From NCBI GenBank assembly GCA_045535075.1, contig JAZSKX010000015.1, forward strand, positions 75,994 to 139,993: 64,000 nt of DNA. Reading direction: 5' to 3'. Position 1 is the first letter of the stretch, and each line of letters starts with the position of its first letter. Below, in pieces: positions 11,350-21,654 of the stretch. The translations under genes and the position numbers were made by a program. Under the pieces are notes generated by a model that ran no database searches, was not told the DNA's origin, and saw nothing but the letters and a program-made list of their open reading frames with translations. The DNA comes from Candidatus Spyradenecus sp. GTDB taxonomy: Bacteria > Verrucomicrobiota > Verrucomicrobiia > Opitutales > UBA953.

Positions 11350-11727
11350 TTACAATGCCGGTTCGGGGCGGGAAATGCGGACGGAAATGTCGCCGAACGG
11401 CGTCGGAATCGGAGCTTCCGGCTTGTGGATTTCAACGTCGATGCTTTTCAGAAGCGGAAATTCAGCCAAGAGAGTTCCCGCGATTTTTTCGGCGAGCGCT
11501 TCAATTAAATTAAAGCCGGGCTTGGCTGAAACGATTTCGACGACACGCGCGATGACGGCGGCGTAGTTGACGGTTTTTGCCAGCTCATCGCTTGTTCCCG
11601 CAGGTTTTAAATCGAGCGAAAGCGTGAGCGTGATGTAGAAATTTTGTCCGTTCTCTTTTTCTTCCGGCAAAACGCCGTGGTAGCCGAATGTATGTATTTT
11701 TTCGATACGGATTTTATCGCTTGGCAT
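11350..11727 (-). CDS. folB: Dihydroneopterin aldolase
   Basis: GYHGVLPEEK..GQ, TVNYA, FNLIEALAE, KPEAPI. Start at the ATG at 11727. Confidence 0.92.
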   Translation of the reverse strand: MPSDKIRIEKIHTFGYHGVLPEEKENGQNFYITLTLSLDLKPAGTSDELAKTVNYAAVIARVVEIVSAKPGFNLIEALAEKIAGTLLAEFPLLKSIDVEIHKPEAPIPTPFGDISVRISRPEPAL

Positions 11728-12757
11728 TTTGAATTTCCTCCAGCATGACGGCGACGTTTTCGATGCAGGCTTGCGGTTGAATGCCGTGTCCGAGATTAAA
11801 AATAAATCCGCTTTCTCCGTGCATTTCGTCAAGAATTTCCCGTGTGCGTTCCCGTACGATTTGCGGATTTTTCAAATTTAAGATGCACGGATCGAGATTG
11901 CCCTGAAGCGCGAGGCGCGTTCCCGCAGGAAGGTTTTTACGGATGCCGGAAAGCGAATGCGTCCAGTCGACGCCGAGGACGCTTGCGCCGGTTTTTGCGA
12001 CGGAGCCGGCAAGATGAGCCATGCCTTTTGCGAAAACGATAACGGGTACGTTTGCGGGAACGGCGGCGATGATTTTACGAATCCAGCGCAGTGAAAGTGC
12101 TTCGTATTCCCGTGCGGTACAAAGCGAAGCCCAGGAGTCAAAAAGCTGAACGGCGTCAACGCCCGCCGCAATTTGCATTTGTAAGTAAGCGATAATTGCG
12201 TCGGAAAGTTTTTCCATCAGCGCGTTAAAATCAGCGGGATGTTCGGCGGCAAGCTCTTTAATTTTTGAAAATTGTTTGGAAGAGCCGCCTTCCACCATAT
12301 AGGTCGCCAGTGTCCACGGCGTTCCCGCGAATCCGAGCAAGGCTCGCGTGCCGCCGAGGCGTTCCCGTACGATTTTTTGCGCGGCGGGAACGTAGGCGAG
12401 TTTTTCGTAAACTTCATCGGCGGTTCCGAGACGTCGGATTTGTTCGGCGGAATCGAGTGTAAATTCCATGGAAATGCCGCCGTTGCCGAAGCGGTAATTT
12501 TGCCCGAGGGCTTCGGGAATGACGAGGATATCGCTGAACGTGATTGCCGCATCCAGCGTTTCAAAGCGTTGCACGGGCTGGAGCGTTACCTCTGCCGCCA
12601 GTTCCGGCGTTTTTACCAAAGTGAGAAAATCGTAGCGTTCTTTGAGCGCGCGATATTCCGGCAAATAGCGTCCGGCTTGGCGCATAATCCAAACAGGCGG
12701 GCGATCCGTCGGTTCACAACGGGCGGCGGCGAGAAAACGTTCGCGGGAAGAAATCAT
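11714..12757 (-). CDS. hemE: Uroporphyrinogen decarboxylase
   Basis: PVWIMRQAGRYLPEY, FSDIL, QGNLDP, FNLGHG. Confidence 0.96.
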   Translation of the reverse strand: MISSRERFLAAARCEPTDRPPVWIMRQAGRYLPEYRALKERYDFLTLVKTPELAAEVTLQPVQRFETLDAAITFSDILVIPEALGQNYRFGNGGISMEFTLDSAEQIRRLGTADEVYEKLAYVPAAQKIVRERLGGTRALLGFAGTPWTLATYMVEGGSSKQFSKIKELAAEHPADFNALMEKLSDAIIAYLQMQIAAGVDAVQLFDSWASLCTAREYEALSLRWIRKIIAAVPANVPVIVFAKGMAHLAGSVAKTGASVLGVDWTHSLSGIRKNLPAGTRLALQGNLDPCILNLKNPQIVRERTREILDEMHGESGFIFNLGHGIQPQACIENVAVMLEEIQNAKR

Positions 12758-12763
12758 ATTTTT

Positions 12764-14434
12764 TTATTTGAGGAATCGTGAGGCGGCATCGATGCGTTCC
12801 CGCGCTGCTTTTGTTTGTGCGGCGTGTGCGCTTCCGAAACCGGCTTCGACGGTGAAGGTTTCGCTTAAAAACTTTTCCAGCTCGGCGACGGCATTTTTGA
12901 GTTCGGCGGGAGCGCCGGGTTCACGGGCGGCTTCGCGGAGGATGCGGATTTTTTCAAAATCTTCGATGCCGTCGCGTAGTGTTTCGAAGCGCAAAGTCGT
13001 GCGATTTCCCGGATAGACAAGGAAACAGTCGCCGGCGGGCCAATAGCGTTTCGGCCAGCGGCAATCCGCAAACGGATTGTCGACCCACGAGTTGTACGCC
13101 CAGCGCAGAAGACCGTCGAAGCGGTTTGCTGCCGTGTAGAGCAAAAGCCAGTGCGGTTCGGCGGCGGTCGAATGCGGGAACGTGTTCGGTTTTGCCGGAT
13201 TCGTGCAGACGTAGCAAGTCGTTTTGCGCTTGTCTTCTCGGCGGGAATTTGTGAGCTCGGTGAGCCCGTTCGAGTGCTGAAAAACAACCGAAATGTCGTG
13301 GACGAAATGCGCCATCTTGGTCGGGCGATCGACGGCTGAAACGATTTTGAGTTCCGGAGCGTATTTTTCGACGACTCCGCGTGCGGCGTTGACGAGATGA
13401 TCCGGGCGTTCGTCGAGCGCGATGCAGGTTTTTTCAAGCAAGCCGCGTTTTTTCAGGTGCGCGCGAAAGTTTGTCAAAAATGCTTTCCACGTGGCATCGT
13501 AATCGGGCGATTTCGGGTCGAGCGAAATTGTTTTTTCCGTTCCCGCGGCTTCGTCGAAGTAAGTTGTTTTAAGCGACCATGAAACCATTGTATAGCAGGA
13601 GATTTGCTCTTTGATTCCGATTTCTTTCGTCATGAAATCGACGTATTTGTCGAACGCCGTGTAGTCGAATTCCCATTTTCCGGATTTATTTTTGCGCCAT
13701 TTGACCATCGAACTCCAGTGGTCGCGCGTTTGGTGATCCCAAGGTTCTTCGATGATGGAGCAGGTAATGACTTTTTGCCCGGCGGCGGCGAGACGTTTCA
13801 TAATCGGCTTCATCGCCTCGAAGTGTTCCCGCGACCAAAGCTTTGTTCCCGTCCAACGGGCAATCGCCTCCGGATGTTGCCAAAGGTCGAGGTGAATTGT
13901 CCAATCCTGCGGCGGGGGAAGTTGCGCGGGAAGGACTTCGATTTCCGCTATTTTTTGAGATTTCCCGTTAATTTCGAGAAACAGGCGATATTTCCCGGGA
14001 GAAATTTGCGCTTGTGCGGTATCGACGGAAACGAGCAGGACGGCTTCGCCGGCGGGAATTTTAAAGCCCGTTCCCGCAGGCTCGACGATGTCGGCGACGG
14101 ATGTGCCGCCTTGACCGATTGTCGATCGGACATATTCCGCGACTGCAGGCGCTTGTATTCTTATGGAACGCCCGCCGGAGCGAGCTTTTTTTTCGCTCTT
14201 AATAAATGCTCCCAGCTTTGCGTTTTCGGGAAGCGTGGTTTTGATACGAAAAAGAAGAAGTTCGCCGCGCCATGCGACGCGTTTTTCGCCGAGAAAATTT
14301 TCGGAAGCTGCCGTGAGATCGCCCGCGGGAACGAAGGTCATTTCGTCGGCAACTTGGCTTTGTGTGTAGGCTCCGGCTACGGGAACGCCGAACAAGGCGA
14401 GTGCGGAGAAAGAGATGAATTTCCCTAAATTCAT
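12764..14434 (-). CDS. Secreted GH123-like / DUF4091 glycoside hydrolase (putative beta-N-acetylgalactosaminidase)
   Basis: Signal peptide; HLDLWQHP, IALDERP, LLRWAYNSW, GDCFLVYPG, EDFEK. Confidence 0.75.
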   Translation of the reverse strand: MNLGKFISFSALALFGVPVAGAYTQSQVADEMTFVPAGDLTAASENFLGEKRVAWRGELLLFRIKTTLPENAKLGAFIKSEKKARSGGRSIRIQAPAVAEYVRSTIGQGGTSVADIVEPAGTGFKIPAGEAVLLVSVDTAQAQISPGKYRLFLEINGKSQKIAEIEVLPAQLPPPQDWTIHLDLWQHPEAIARWTGTKLWSREHFEAMKPIMKRLAAAGQKVITCSIIEEPWDHQTRDHWSSMVKWRKNKSGKWEFDYTAFDKYVDFMTKEIGIKEQISCYTMVSWSLKTTYFDEAAGTEKTISLDPKSPDYDATWKAFLTNFRAHLKKRGLLEKTCIALDERPDHLVNAARGVVEKYAPELKIVSAVDRPTKMAHFVHDISVVFQHSNGLTELTNSRREDKRKTTCYVCTNPAKPNTFPHSTAAEPHWLLLYTAANRFDGLLRWAYNSWVDNPFADCRWPKRYWPAGDCFLVYPGNRTTLRFETLRDGIEDFEKIRILREAAREPGAPAELKNAVAELEKFLSETFTVEAGFGSAHAAQTKAARERIDAASRFLK

Positions 14435-14439
14435 TTTTT

Positions 14440-14946
14440 TTATTTTGCTTGTTTTTTAGAGGCGGGAAGAGTCTTTTGGCACGGAGCATTGGGATCTTCC
14501 GCATTGTTTTTACAAGTGCAATTCGGGCATTGTGCCGTGATTTGCAGGTGTTGAGAGATGAAAGTCAGGCCGTTTTTTTCGGCAACGGCGCGCCCGTACC
14601 AATCCATAAACGGCGCATCGAACTCGATAATTTTTTCGCAGTTGGTACAGACGATATGACCTTTAAACGTTCCCGCGTTGCGCGTACTTTCGTAGTACTT
14701 GAAGTCGCGCCCGACATTAAGTTCCGTTAGGATTCCGGAACGAATTAAATCCGGGAGCGCACGATAAACCGTGGCTCGGGAAATTTTAGAATATTTCCGG
14801 CGGGCGACGGTAAGCAAATCTTCTGCGGTAAAATGCCCGTCGTAATGATATGCGGCTTCCCAAATTGCCAAGCGAGGTTGGGTGTTTCTGAGCCCGACGG
14901 ACGCGAGCACTTCTCCGAAATTCAAGGTGGGCGGGGGATTTTTCAT
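14440..14946 (-). CDS. Fur-family transcriptional regulator
   Basis: GLRNTQPR, HFTAEDL, ISRATVYRAL, HIVCTNCEKIIEF, CxxC. Start at the ATG at 14946. Confidence 0.9.
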   Translation of the reverse strand: MKNPPPTLNFGEVLASVGLRNTQPRLAIWEAAYHYDGHFTAEDLLTVARRKYSKISRATVYRALPDLIRSGILTELNVGRDFKYYESTRNAGTFKGHIVCTNCEKIIEFDAPFMDWYGRAVAEKNGLTFISQHLQITAQCPNCTCKNNAEDPNAPCQKTLPASKKQAK

Positions 14947-15056
14947 GCTAAAATTTGAGACAGTTTTGCGAATAAAGGCAAGCGCGTTCCCGTAGGGCGA
15001 GATTGCGCTTGCAAGCTTGGCGGCGGATAAAGGAGAATTGCGCATAGGCGCTAACG

Positions 15057-16481
15057 ATGAACAAAAAACTTTCTGAACTTTGCTGTGCCGGAATGCTGAT
15101 TGCGGGAGCCGGGATTTTTTCCGGGTGTGCATCTTATTCCGAAAAATCTGCAGACATGCGCTCGGCGTGGATTCAGGGGAATTTTGCTCATGCCGAAAAA
15201 ATTACGGCGGAAGAGGCGGAATCTGCCTCGGAGGAAGATCGCCTTCTTTGGCAACTTGAGCATGCTTCGGTTTTGCGCGGAATGCAGAAGAATGCGGAAG
15301 CGCAACATGCACTTGAGGCAGCGGCGAAAACCTTGGAAGCGTGGGACGAAAAGGCGGAAATTCTGCTCTCTAAAGAAGCGGCGGCAACGCTTTCAAATTT
15401 GTCGGCGCTTCCGTATCGCGGGCGCGGGCTCGATCGTATCATGCTTCACACCTACCGGAGCCTGAATTTTTTGGAAGCGGGAAAAATCGATGCCGCGCGA
15501 GTTGCCCTCAATGCCGCGTTTCAGGCTCAAAGCGAAGCGGTCGAGCGCAATGCAAAAAGCATCGAAGCCGCTCAGACGACCGCGACTGAAAACGATGTCG
15601 ATTTGGCGGATTTGAAAAAGAACCAAAGCGTCGCGAATGCGATTGAAATCGGGAAAAGCGGACTCTCCGGATTCTCCGCTTACGCCGATTATGTTAATCC
15701 GTTTACGACTTGGCTCCACGGAATTTATTTTCTCCATGCGGGAACGGATGCGTCCGACCGCGAGCGTGCACGCAAATCGCTGGTGCGCGTCGCGCAGATG
15801 GAACCCGAAAATACCTTTGTTTACGAAGACATTAAGCTCGCAGAAAAGGCTGTTCCCGAAGACGACGCAATAACGTATGTTATTTTTGAATACGGAGTCG
15901 CTCCGACCTTATCGTTTGTCCGCGCCGACCTTTTCCTGGCGATTCCCACCGGAACCGGAAGCTCGACAATCGCGCCCGTTTGTATCGCATTGCCGAAACT
16001 TTCTCGGGAACACTCCGCGGGGCTTCCCGTGATGCGTGCAAACGACGTTCCCGCGCAGACCGTTTGCGATATGAATCGAGCCGTTAAAACGGATTTCGAA
16101 AACGCTTATCCGGTGGTGCTTGCACGAACGCTGACGACGGCATTTCTGAAGACGGCGGCGAGCGTCATCGCCAACACTGCCGCGCAGGAATACGCTCTCA
16201 GAGACGGGAGCGCCGCCGCGTCGTTGATTGCGCTCGGGACGATGATCGGAACAAGTGTCGCAACTTACGCGACAACGGATGCGGATTTGCGTACTTGGCA
16301 AACGCTCCCGGAATATTTTTCCGTTGCCCGGATTCCGACGCCGAAATCACGCTGTGTTACGGTAGAAATTGCCGGACATCGCACGACAACGAAGTTGCTT
16401 CCGGGAAAGGTGAACGTCGTTGTCGTCAAATCGGTCGGTTTTGCATTGGAACCGAGGGTGAATCAATTTATCCTCAAGTAA
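15057..16481 (+). CDS. COG3014-family lipoprotein
   Basis: Lipobox FSGC; ADLRTWQTLP motif; upstream of YcfL-like and LpoB-like genes. Confidence 0.75.
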   Translation: MNKKLSELCCAGMLIAGAGIFSGCASYSEKSADMRSAWIQGNFAHAEKITAEEAESASEEDRLLWQLEHASVLRGMQKNAEAQHALEAAAKTLEAWDEKAEILLSKEAAATLSNLSALPYRGRGLDRIMLHTYRSLNFLEAGKIDAARVALNAAFQAQSEAVERNAKSIEAAQTTATENDVDLADLKKNQSVANAIEIGKSGLSGFSAYADYVNPFTTWLHGIYFLHAGTDASDRERARKSLVRVAQMEPENTFVYEDIKLAEKAVPEDDAITYVIFEYGVAPTLSFVRADLFLAIPTGTGSSTIAPVCIALPKLSREHSAGLPVMRANDVPAQTVCDMNRAVKTDFENAYPVVLARTLTTAFLKTAASVIANTAAQEYALRDGSAAASLIALGTMIGTSVATYATTDADLRTWQTLPEYFSVARIPTPKSRCVTVEIAGHRTTTKLLPGKVNVVVVKSVGFALEPRVNQFILK

Positions 16482-16489
16482 TGATTTCT

Positions 16490-16921
16490 ATGAAACGTTT
16501 TGCTTCAAAAATTCTGTTTGCGGGAACGGCTTTATTGCTCGCCGTTTGCTTTGCCGGATGCGCGGCGTCCGTGAATACGCTTGAAAATGCCGATGCGGGA
16601 TCGGGGAAACGACTTTTGAACGACCGGCGTATCGTTACCGATTCGGGGACTCTCGATATGGCAACGCCGCTTGAGGTGCGCACGGGAACGACGCCCGACG
16701 GCACCGTAATGCGCATTCAGCTTGAGCTGATGAACCGCACGGACGAAATCGGTCGCGTGTTTTATCTCGTCGAATGGTTTGACGAACAGGGCATGAAAAT
16801 CGAAGTTCCCTCCGCGTGGAAGCAACTTAATATTCAGCCGGCAAAAATCGAATCCGTTACCGCCGTTGCTCCGAATGCCGCCGCAAAAGATTTTCGCATT
16901 TCATTAAAACGCAGTGAATAA
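16490..16921 (+). CDS. YcfL (DUF1425) family lipoprotein
   Basis: Lipobox FAGC; YLVEWFDEQG; AVAPNAAAKDFRI. Confidence 0.8.
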   Translation: MKRFASKILFAGTALLLAVCFAGCAASVNTLENADAGSGKRLLNDRRIVTDSGTLDMATPLEVRTGTTPDGTVMRIQLELMNRTDEIGRVFYLVEWFDEQGMKIEVPSAWKQLNIQPAKIESVTAVAPNAAAKDFRISLKRSE

Positions 16922-16946
16922 AAACAACAAACGTAAGGAAAAAATA

Positions 16947-17525
16947 ATGACGCTTAAAAAATCCTTTTTCATGACGGTTCTTGCCGCGGGAACGCTGGTG
17001 TTCGGCGCGTGCGCTTCGCAAAAAGCTCGCTACATCGATTCCACGGGAACGGAAACCGTTGTCTCGTTGAACCGGGTCGATATTCAGGATTTTCAATCTG
17101 CAACGGACGCGCTTGTCGCCGATATGTTGACTTGGGACGCGTTTGCGGGAACGAAAAAACCGGTTGTGGCGCTTAGCCGCGTTGTCAACGATACGACGAA
17201 TAATTTTGATACGGCTTTGCTGACGAATCAGGTTCAGGAAGCCATTCTGAAATCCCGCAAAGCGATTATTTCGATGTCGATGAGCGTTGATCGCAAAGAC
17301 GACGTGGTACGCCAGGACGTTGCTTCGCTCGGCGGAACGGAAACGGTTGTTCCGGATTTGACGCTTATCGGAAAAATTTCCGAAGTCGCCGCGCGCGCGG
17401 ATTCGACGAAACAGGTTTCGTATGTTTTTGCGATGCGACTCGTGGAAACCAAGACCGGAAACGTCGTGTGGATGAATTCGAAGACCATTACGAAGCAGGG
17501 CGAGAAAAATTCGGTCGGCTGGTAG
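16947..17525 (+). CDS. lpoB: LpoB-like (penicillin-binding protein activator) lipoprotein
   Basis: Lipobox FGAC; NDTTNNFDT; MRLVETKTGNVVW; conserved context. Confidence 0.7.
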   Translation: MTLKKSFFMTVLAAGTLVFGACASQKARYIDSTGTETVVSLNRVDIQDFQSATDALVADMLTWDAFAGTKKPVVALSRVVNDTTNNFDTALLTNQVQEAILKSRKAIISMSMSVDRKDDVVRQDVASLGGTETVVPDLTLIGKISEVAARADSTKQVSYVFAMRLVETKTGNVVWMNSKTITKQGEKNSVGW

Positions 17526-17528
17526 TCG

Positions 17529-19292
17529 ATGACGGGAACAAATTTTTTTGAACGACAGGACAATGCGCGCCGGGCGACGCGTTGGCTTGTCGTTTGGTTT
17601 GCGCTTGCAGTGTTGGGGACGGCGGCGGCGGTTTACGCGGCTGTGATGTTTGCGTTGATTCGCGCGGATGTCGTTTCTCAAGCATCGTACTGGAATGCGG
17701 AGATTTTTGCTTATGCGTTCGGCGGGACGCTCCTGCTTGTCGGCGGTGCGAGCTTTTTCAAAAGCCTCGAATACGGGAGCGCGAGCGGAGAACTGATTGC
17801 GCGGGAACTCGGCGGTGCTGCGGTTAATCCGAATGCGGACGAACCGTCGCGCCGTCAACTCGTGAACGTCGTTCAGGAAATGTCCATCGCCTCGGGCGTT
17901 CCGATGCCGAAGATTTTTATTCTCGAACACGAGCGGAGCATCAATGCGTTTGCGGCGGGAACGCGGATTGAAAATGCGGCGATCGCCGTTTCGCGCGGTG
18001 CGCTCGATAAACTTTCCCGTGACGAGTTGCAGGCGGTTGTCGGGCATGAGTTCTCTCATATTCTTAACGGCGACATGCGTTTGAACGTCAAGCTCGTCAG
18101 TTGGATTTTCGGCTTGGTTGTTTTATCGCTTGTCGGGCGTATTCTGATGCGAAGTGCCGTGTTTTCGGGAAGTTCGCGTTCCCGAAAAAATGACGGCGCG
18201 CAGGTTTTGGTTTTCTTCGGCTTGGTGATTATGATTATCGGCTTTGTCAGCCAATTTTTTGCAAGCATTATTCAAGCTGCTATTTCGCGCCATCGCGAGC
18301 GCTTGGCGGACGCTTCGGCGACTCAATTTACGCGCAATCCGATCGCACTTGCCAATGCGCTTTCCCGCATCGGCGGCGATTCGAGCCTGCTGAATTCTCC
18401 TCATGCGGGCGAATATTCGCATTTCTTTTTTGCCTCCGGCGTGCATTCGCTTTTTGACACGCATCCGCCGTTGGAAGAGCGTATCCGCGCGCTCAATCCC
18501 GCTTGGGACGGAAAATTTTTGCGTTCCGCCAATCCGCCGAGCTGGACTGCTGAGGAAACGGAAGCTCTCACGAGAAAATGGGCGCTTGCCGACTTGGCCA
18601 AAGATGTTAAGGGCGCTCGGGCGCTTGTTTTTCTGTTGATGATGACGCATTCCCGCGACGACGATCGCGCGCAGGCGGAGTTGCTTTTAAAGACGGAACG
18701 GAAAGACGTTTTTGCAATGTTGGAAGCGAATTGGGATGCCGTTTTGGCGCTCCCGCCGGAAAAACGGCTTTCTCTCGTGATTCTTGCCGCGCCGCAATTG
18801 CGCGAATATCCGCAGAAAGAACGTAAGGCGATTTGCATGACGCTGAGGCGCTTGGCGGAAATTGACGGCGAAATTGCGCTTTTTGAGTTTTTGATTATTC
18901 GCATCGTCGAAGGTCTTTTGCTTTGGGAAGAACATTCGAGCGTTTCCGAGTCCCAACGTTTTGCCGCCGCCGAAATTGCCTTTTCCGTCGTTATGCGGGA
19001 AAATCGCTTTTCCGCTACCGAGGCTTCGCGGAAAATGCAGGCAATTCTTGATGTGCAGGATTTCTTCCCGAAAAGCCTTCGCCTCGTTCCCGCAACACAA
19101 CTCTGCGTTCCCGAGTTGGACAAGGCATTTGATATTTTGCGGGCAACGCCGATTATTTTCCGCGAAAACCTGATTAAGGTTTGCGATGCCGTGGCGCTTG
19201 CCGACGGGAACGTTTCCGCTCAGGAAACCGATTTGATTAACGCGATTGCGCTTGCGCTCGCTTGCCCGATTTATAAACGCATTCGACTCTAA
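17529..19292 (+). CDS. M48 (HtpX-like) zinc metalloprotease with a C-terminal extension
   Basis: HEFSH zinc motif, INAFAAG, ERLADAS, THPPLEERI. Confidence 0.9.
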   Translation: MTGTNFFERQDNARRATRWLVVWFALAVLGTAAAVYAAVMFALIRADVVSQASYWNAEIFAYAFGGTLLLVGGASFFKSLEYGSASGELIARELGGAAVNPNADEPSRRQLVNVVQEMSIASGVPMPKIFILEHERSINAFAAGTRIENAAIAVSRGALDKLSRDELQAVVGHEFSHILNGDMRLNVKLVSWIFGLVVLSLVGRILMRSAVFSGSSRSRKNDGAQVLVFFGLVIMIIGFVSQFFASIIQAAISRHRERLADASATQFTRNPIALANALSRIGGDSSLLNSPHAGEYSHFFFASGVHSLFDTHPPLEERIRALNPAWDGKFLRSANPPSWTAEETEALTRKWALADLAKDVKGARALVFLLMMTHSRDDDRAQAELLLKTERKDVFAMLEANWDAVLALPPEKRLSLVILAAPQLREYPQKERKAICMTLRRLAEIDGEIALFEFLIIRIVEGLLLWEEHSSVSESQRFAAAEIAFSVVMRENRFSATEASRKMQAILDVQDFFPKSLRLVPATQLCVPELDKAFDILRATPIIFRENLIKVCDAVALADGNVSAQETDLINAIALALACPIYKRIRL

Positions 19293-19298
19293 TTCTTT

Positions 19299-19982
19299 AT
19301 GCTCCCGGATTTATCGAAAATTCAAACCGTTTTCTTTGATTTGGACGGTACGCTGATTGATAATTTCAGCGCCATTCACAAATGCTATGCCGATATTGCG
19401 CGGGAAATGGGGCTGATCCCGAAAAGCTACGAGCAGTTGCGCGCCACCGTCGGCGGATCAATTACGCTCACGTTGTCCCGACTCATCGGCGACGACCTCG
19501 CCGAAGAAGGCGTGCGGCGTTTCCGGGCGCATTTTCCCGAAGTAATGTTCGACGACGTTTTCGTTTTGGACGGGGTTGAATGGATTTTGAAAAAGCTACG
19601 GGAACGCGGTATCAAAACCGCCGTTTTTACCAACAAAGAACATTCGGCAACGCTCGCGCTTTTGGAGTATTTGAACTTGTCGGCGCTTGTTGACGGCGTT
19701 TTCGGAACGAATCTTCCCGACATGCCTTGGCGAAAACCGAACCGCGAGTATTCCGAGTATGTTTTGAAAAAAATGGGCGTTCCTGCAGAAAACGCGATGC
19801 TTATCGGCGATTCGCCGTTCGATGTCGGAGCCGCGCGAATTGTCGGTATGCCCGTTGCTTGCGTAACGACGGGAACACACATGCCGGAAGCGCTTATCGA
19901 ATGCCTCGGGACGCAGGAACTTGTTTTCCCGAACATGTTTGCTTTGGGACGGGATTTGTTTAATTTTAGTCCGCAAAATTAA
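19299..19982 (+). CDS. HAD-family hydrolase (phosphoglycolate phosphatase-like)
   Basis: FDLDGTL, TNK, KP, IGDSPFDV. Confidence 0.88.
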   Translation: MLPDLSKIQTVFFDLDGTLIDNFSAIHKCYADIAREMGLIPKSYEQLRATVGGSITLTLSRLIGDDLAEEGVRRFRAHFPEVMFDDVFVLDGVEWILKKLRERGIKTAVFTNKEHSATLALLEYLNLSALVDGVFGTNLPDMPWRKPNREYSEYVLKKMGVPAENAMLIGDSPFDVGAARIVGMPVACVTTGTHMPEALIECLGTQELVFPNMFALGRDLFNFSPQN

Positions 19983-19998
19983 ACACTATTTGTTTGCT

Positions 19999-21579
19999 AT
20001 GAAAAAAATATTGCCCCTGTTTTTGAGTTTTGCCGGAATTTTTGCGGGAACGGCTTTGCCGCTTGGCGCCGCCGGGTGGAAGCCTGTTTCCGACCCCGGA
20101 AAAATCGTTCCCGTCGCTGGAGAATATGCGATTTTGATTTCAAAGAAAACGGCACGAAATGCTTCGTGGAAACAGGTTGCCGAGATGCTTAAAAAGCGCT
20201 ACGCGGGAACGCTGATTTTCTGGGAAAAAGACATTGCCGAAGTCGAAGCCGAACTGAAAAAAAAGAAGCCGCGCTACATTGCCGTTGTCGCGCAACCCGA
20301 AGAACTGGATCGGGTCGTTGTCGCGAAATTACATCGAATGACGCGTCGCATCGAGCCGGATTTCTACGGCGATGCCATTTTCGGGATTATCACGGCGCGC
20401 ACGCCTGCCGCAGCCAAGCGCCTTGCCGAAGAACAGAAAGCGCCGTTGTTAATTGAGCGCGGTGTGAGCACGACGAATTGCGACTTGGAGCGTTTTAAGC
20501 ATCAGTTCTTCGTTACGGATTGGGGACGGGACGAGTATATCGAAACCCGGAACGGCGTATCGGGAGAAAAAAAGAAGCTCCCGCGAGGGGAAGAAATCGT
20601 TGAGCTTTTTGCCGAAAAATTCGCGGAAATTAACCCGCAGTATTTGCTTTCGGCGTCGCATGCAACGGAATTCAATCTTGAAATGCCGTTCGGGCGCGGC
20701 TTAATCGCTCCCGCCGGCGGAAAGTTTTATTGTTTCAAAAACGCGGATATGCCGGCGTTCAGGCGCATGCTCGGAAAACCGGAGCAAGTCGCCGATTACG
20801 CAAAAAAATCCGAACTGACCGTTCTTCGGGCGACCGACGATCCGAAAATTTGGATTGCCGCCGGGAACTGTCTCTTCGGGGATGTTTTGCGCAGCCCGGA
20901 TTCCGTTGCCGCGACCCTGCTTTCCGATTACGGCGTTCGCCAACTCGTCGGCTACACCGTGCCGACGTGGTATGGTGTCGGCTGGGATGTCCACGGGAAC
21001 TTTTTCAACGGGCATCAGGATGTTAGCGTCGGGCAGGCGTGGTTCTTTACGAACCAGCGTTCGTTGGAGAAATTGCCGCCGGCATTGCGTTCTGCGGAAT
21101 ATCCGCTGACGGCCGAAGATATGAACGGCATGGATTTTAATGCGCTCCAGCGCTGCGTCGTTGAAAATAAAATTCCGCTGACGCGCGATGACGTCGGGCG
21201 ATTCCACGACCGCGATGTTATCGCGTTTTACGGCGATCCTCTGTTTCGCGCCGGCTTTGATCAAAACGCGAAAAATTGTCAGCCTTGGGAATATACGCTT
21301 CGAGCGCGTGGGAAGGAGCGGCGTGTCGTTGTCGCGGGAACGCAGGGAAAAACGCGCAAATCCGAGTTCCGTTTTTGGTTCCCGGAACAGCGTGATACGG
21401 CCAAGGATATTAAGATTTTCCGTAAGAAAATGAAGTCCGCCGCCGGAGGAGAATCGATTTCGAGCGGAGAAGCTCTCGCTCCGGAGATGTTTACTTCGAC
21501 GAAAAACTTCGTGATGCTTTCCGATTCGCTTGAGTTGGCTCCCGACGAGCGTTTGGTCATTACATATCGCGTCCGCTGA
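19999..21579 (+). CDS. Secreted protein, possible clan CD (gingipain/C25-like) cysteine peptidase
   Basis: Signal peptide MKKILPLF; SASHATE, AAGNCL and FYGDP motifs. Confidence 0.55.
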   Translation: MKKILPLFLSFAGIFAGTALPLGAAGWKPVSDPGKIVPVAGEYAILISKKTARNASWKQVAEMLKKRYAGTLIFWEKDIAEVEAELKKKKPRYIAVVAQPEELDRVVVAKLHRMTRRIEPDFYGDAIFGIITARTPAAAKRLAEEQKAPLLIERGVSTTNCDLERFKHQFFVTDWGRDEYIETRNGVSGEKKKLPRGEEIVELFAEKFAEINPQYLLSASHATEFNLEMPFGRGLIAPAGGKFYCFKNADMPAFRRMLGKPEQVADYAKKSELTVLRATDDPKIWIAAGNCLFGDVLRSPDSVAATLLSDYGVRQLVGYTVPTWYGVGWDVHGNFFNGHQDVSVGQAWFFTNQRSLEKLPPALRSAEYPLTAEDMNGMDFNALQRCVVENKIPLTRDDVGRFHDRDVIAFYGDPLFRAGFDQNAKNCQPWEYTLRARGKERRVVVAGTQGKTRKSEFRFWFPEQRDTAKDIKIFRKKMKSAAGGESISSGEALAPEMFTSTKNFVMLSDSLELAPDERLVITYRVR

Positions 21580-21602
21580 CAACGCTATTGCTCGGGAACG
21601 CT

Positions 21603-21642
21603 AAAAATGCGCGGGAGGATTGGCTCTTCCGCGCATTTTTTT
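21603..21642. terminator. Bidirectional intrinsic terminator
   Basis: AAAAATGCGCGGGAG...CTCTTCCGCGCATTTTT between convergent genes. Confidence 0.7.
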
Positions 21643-21654
21643 GTTTCTCTGAAT

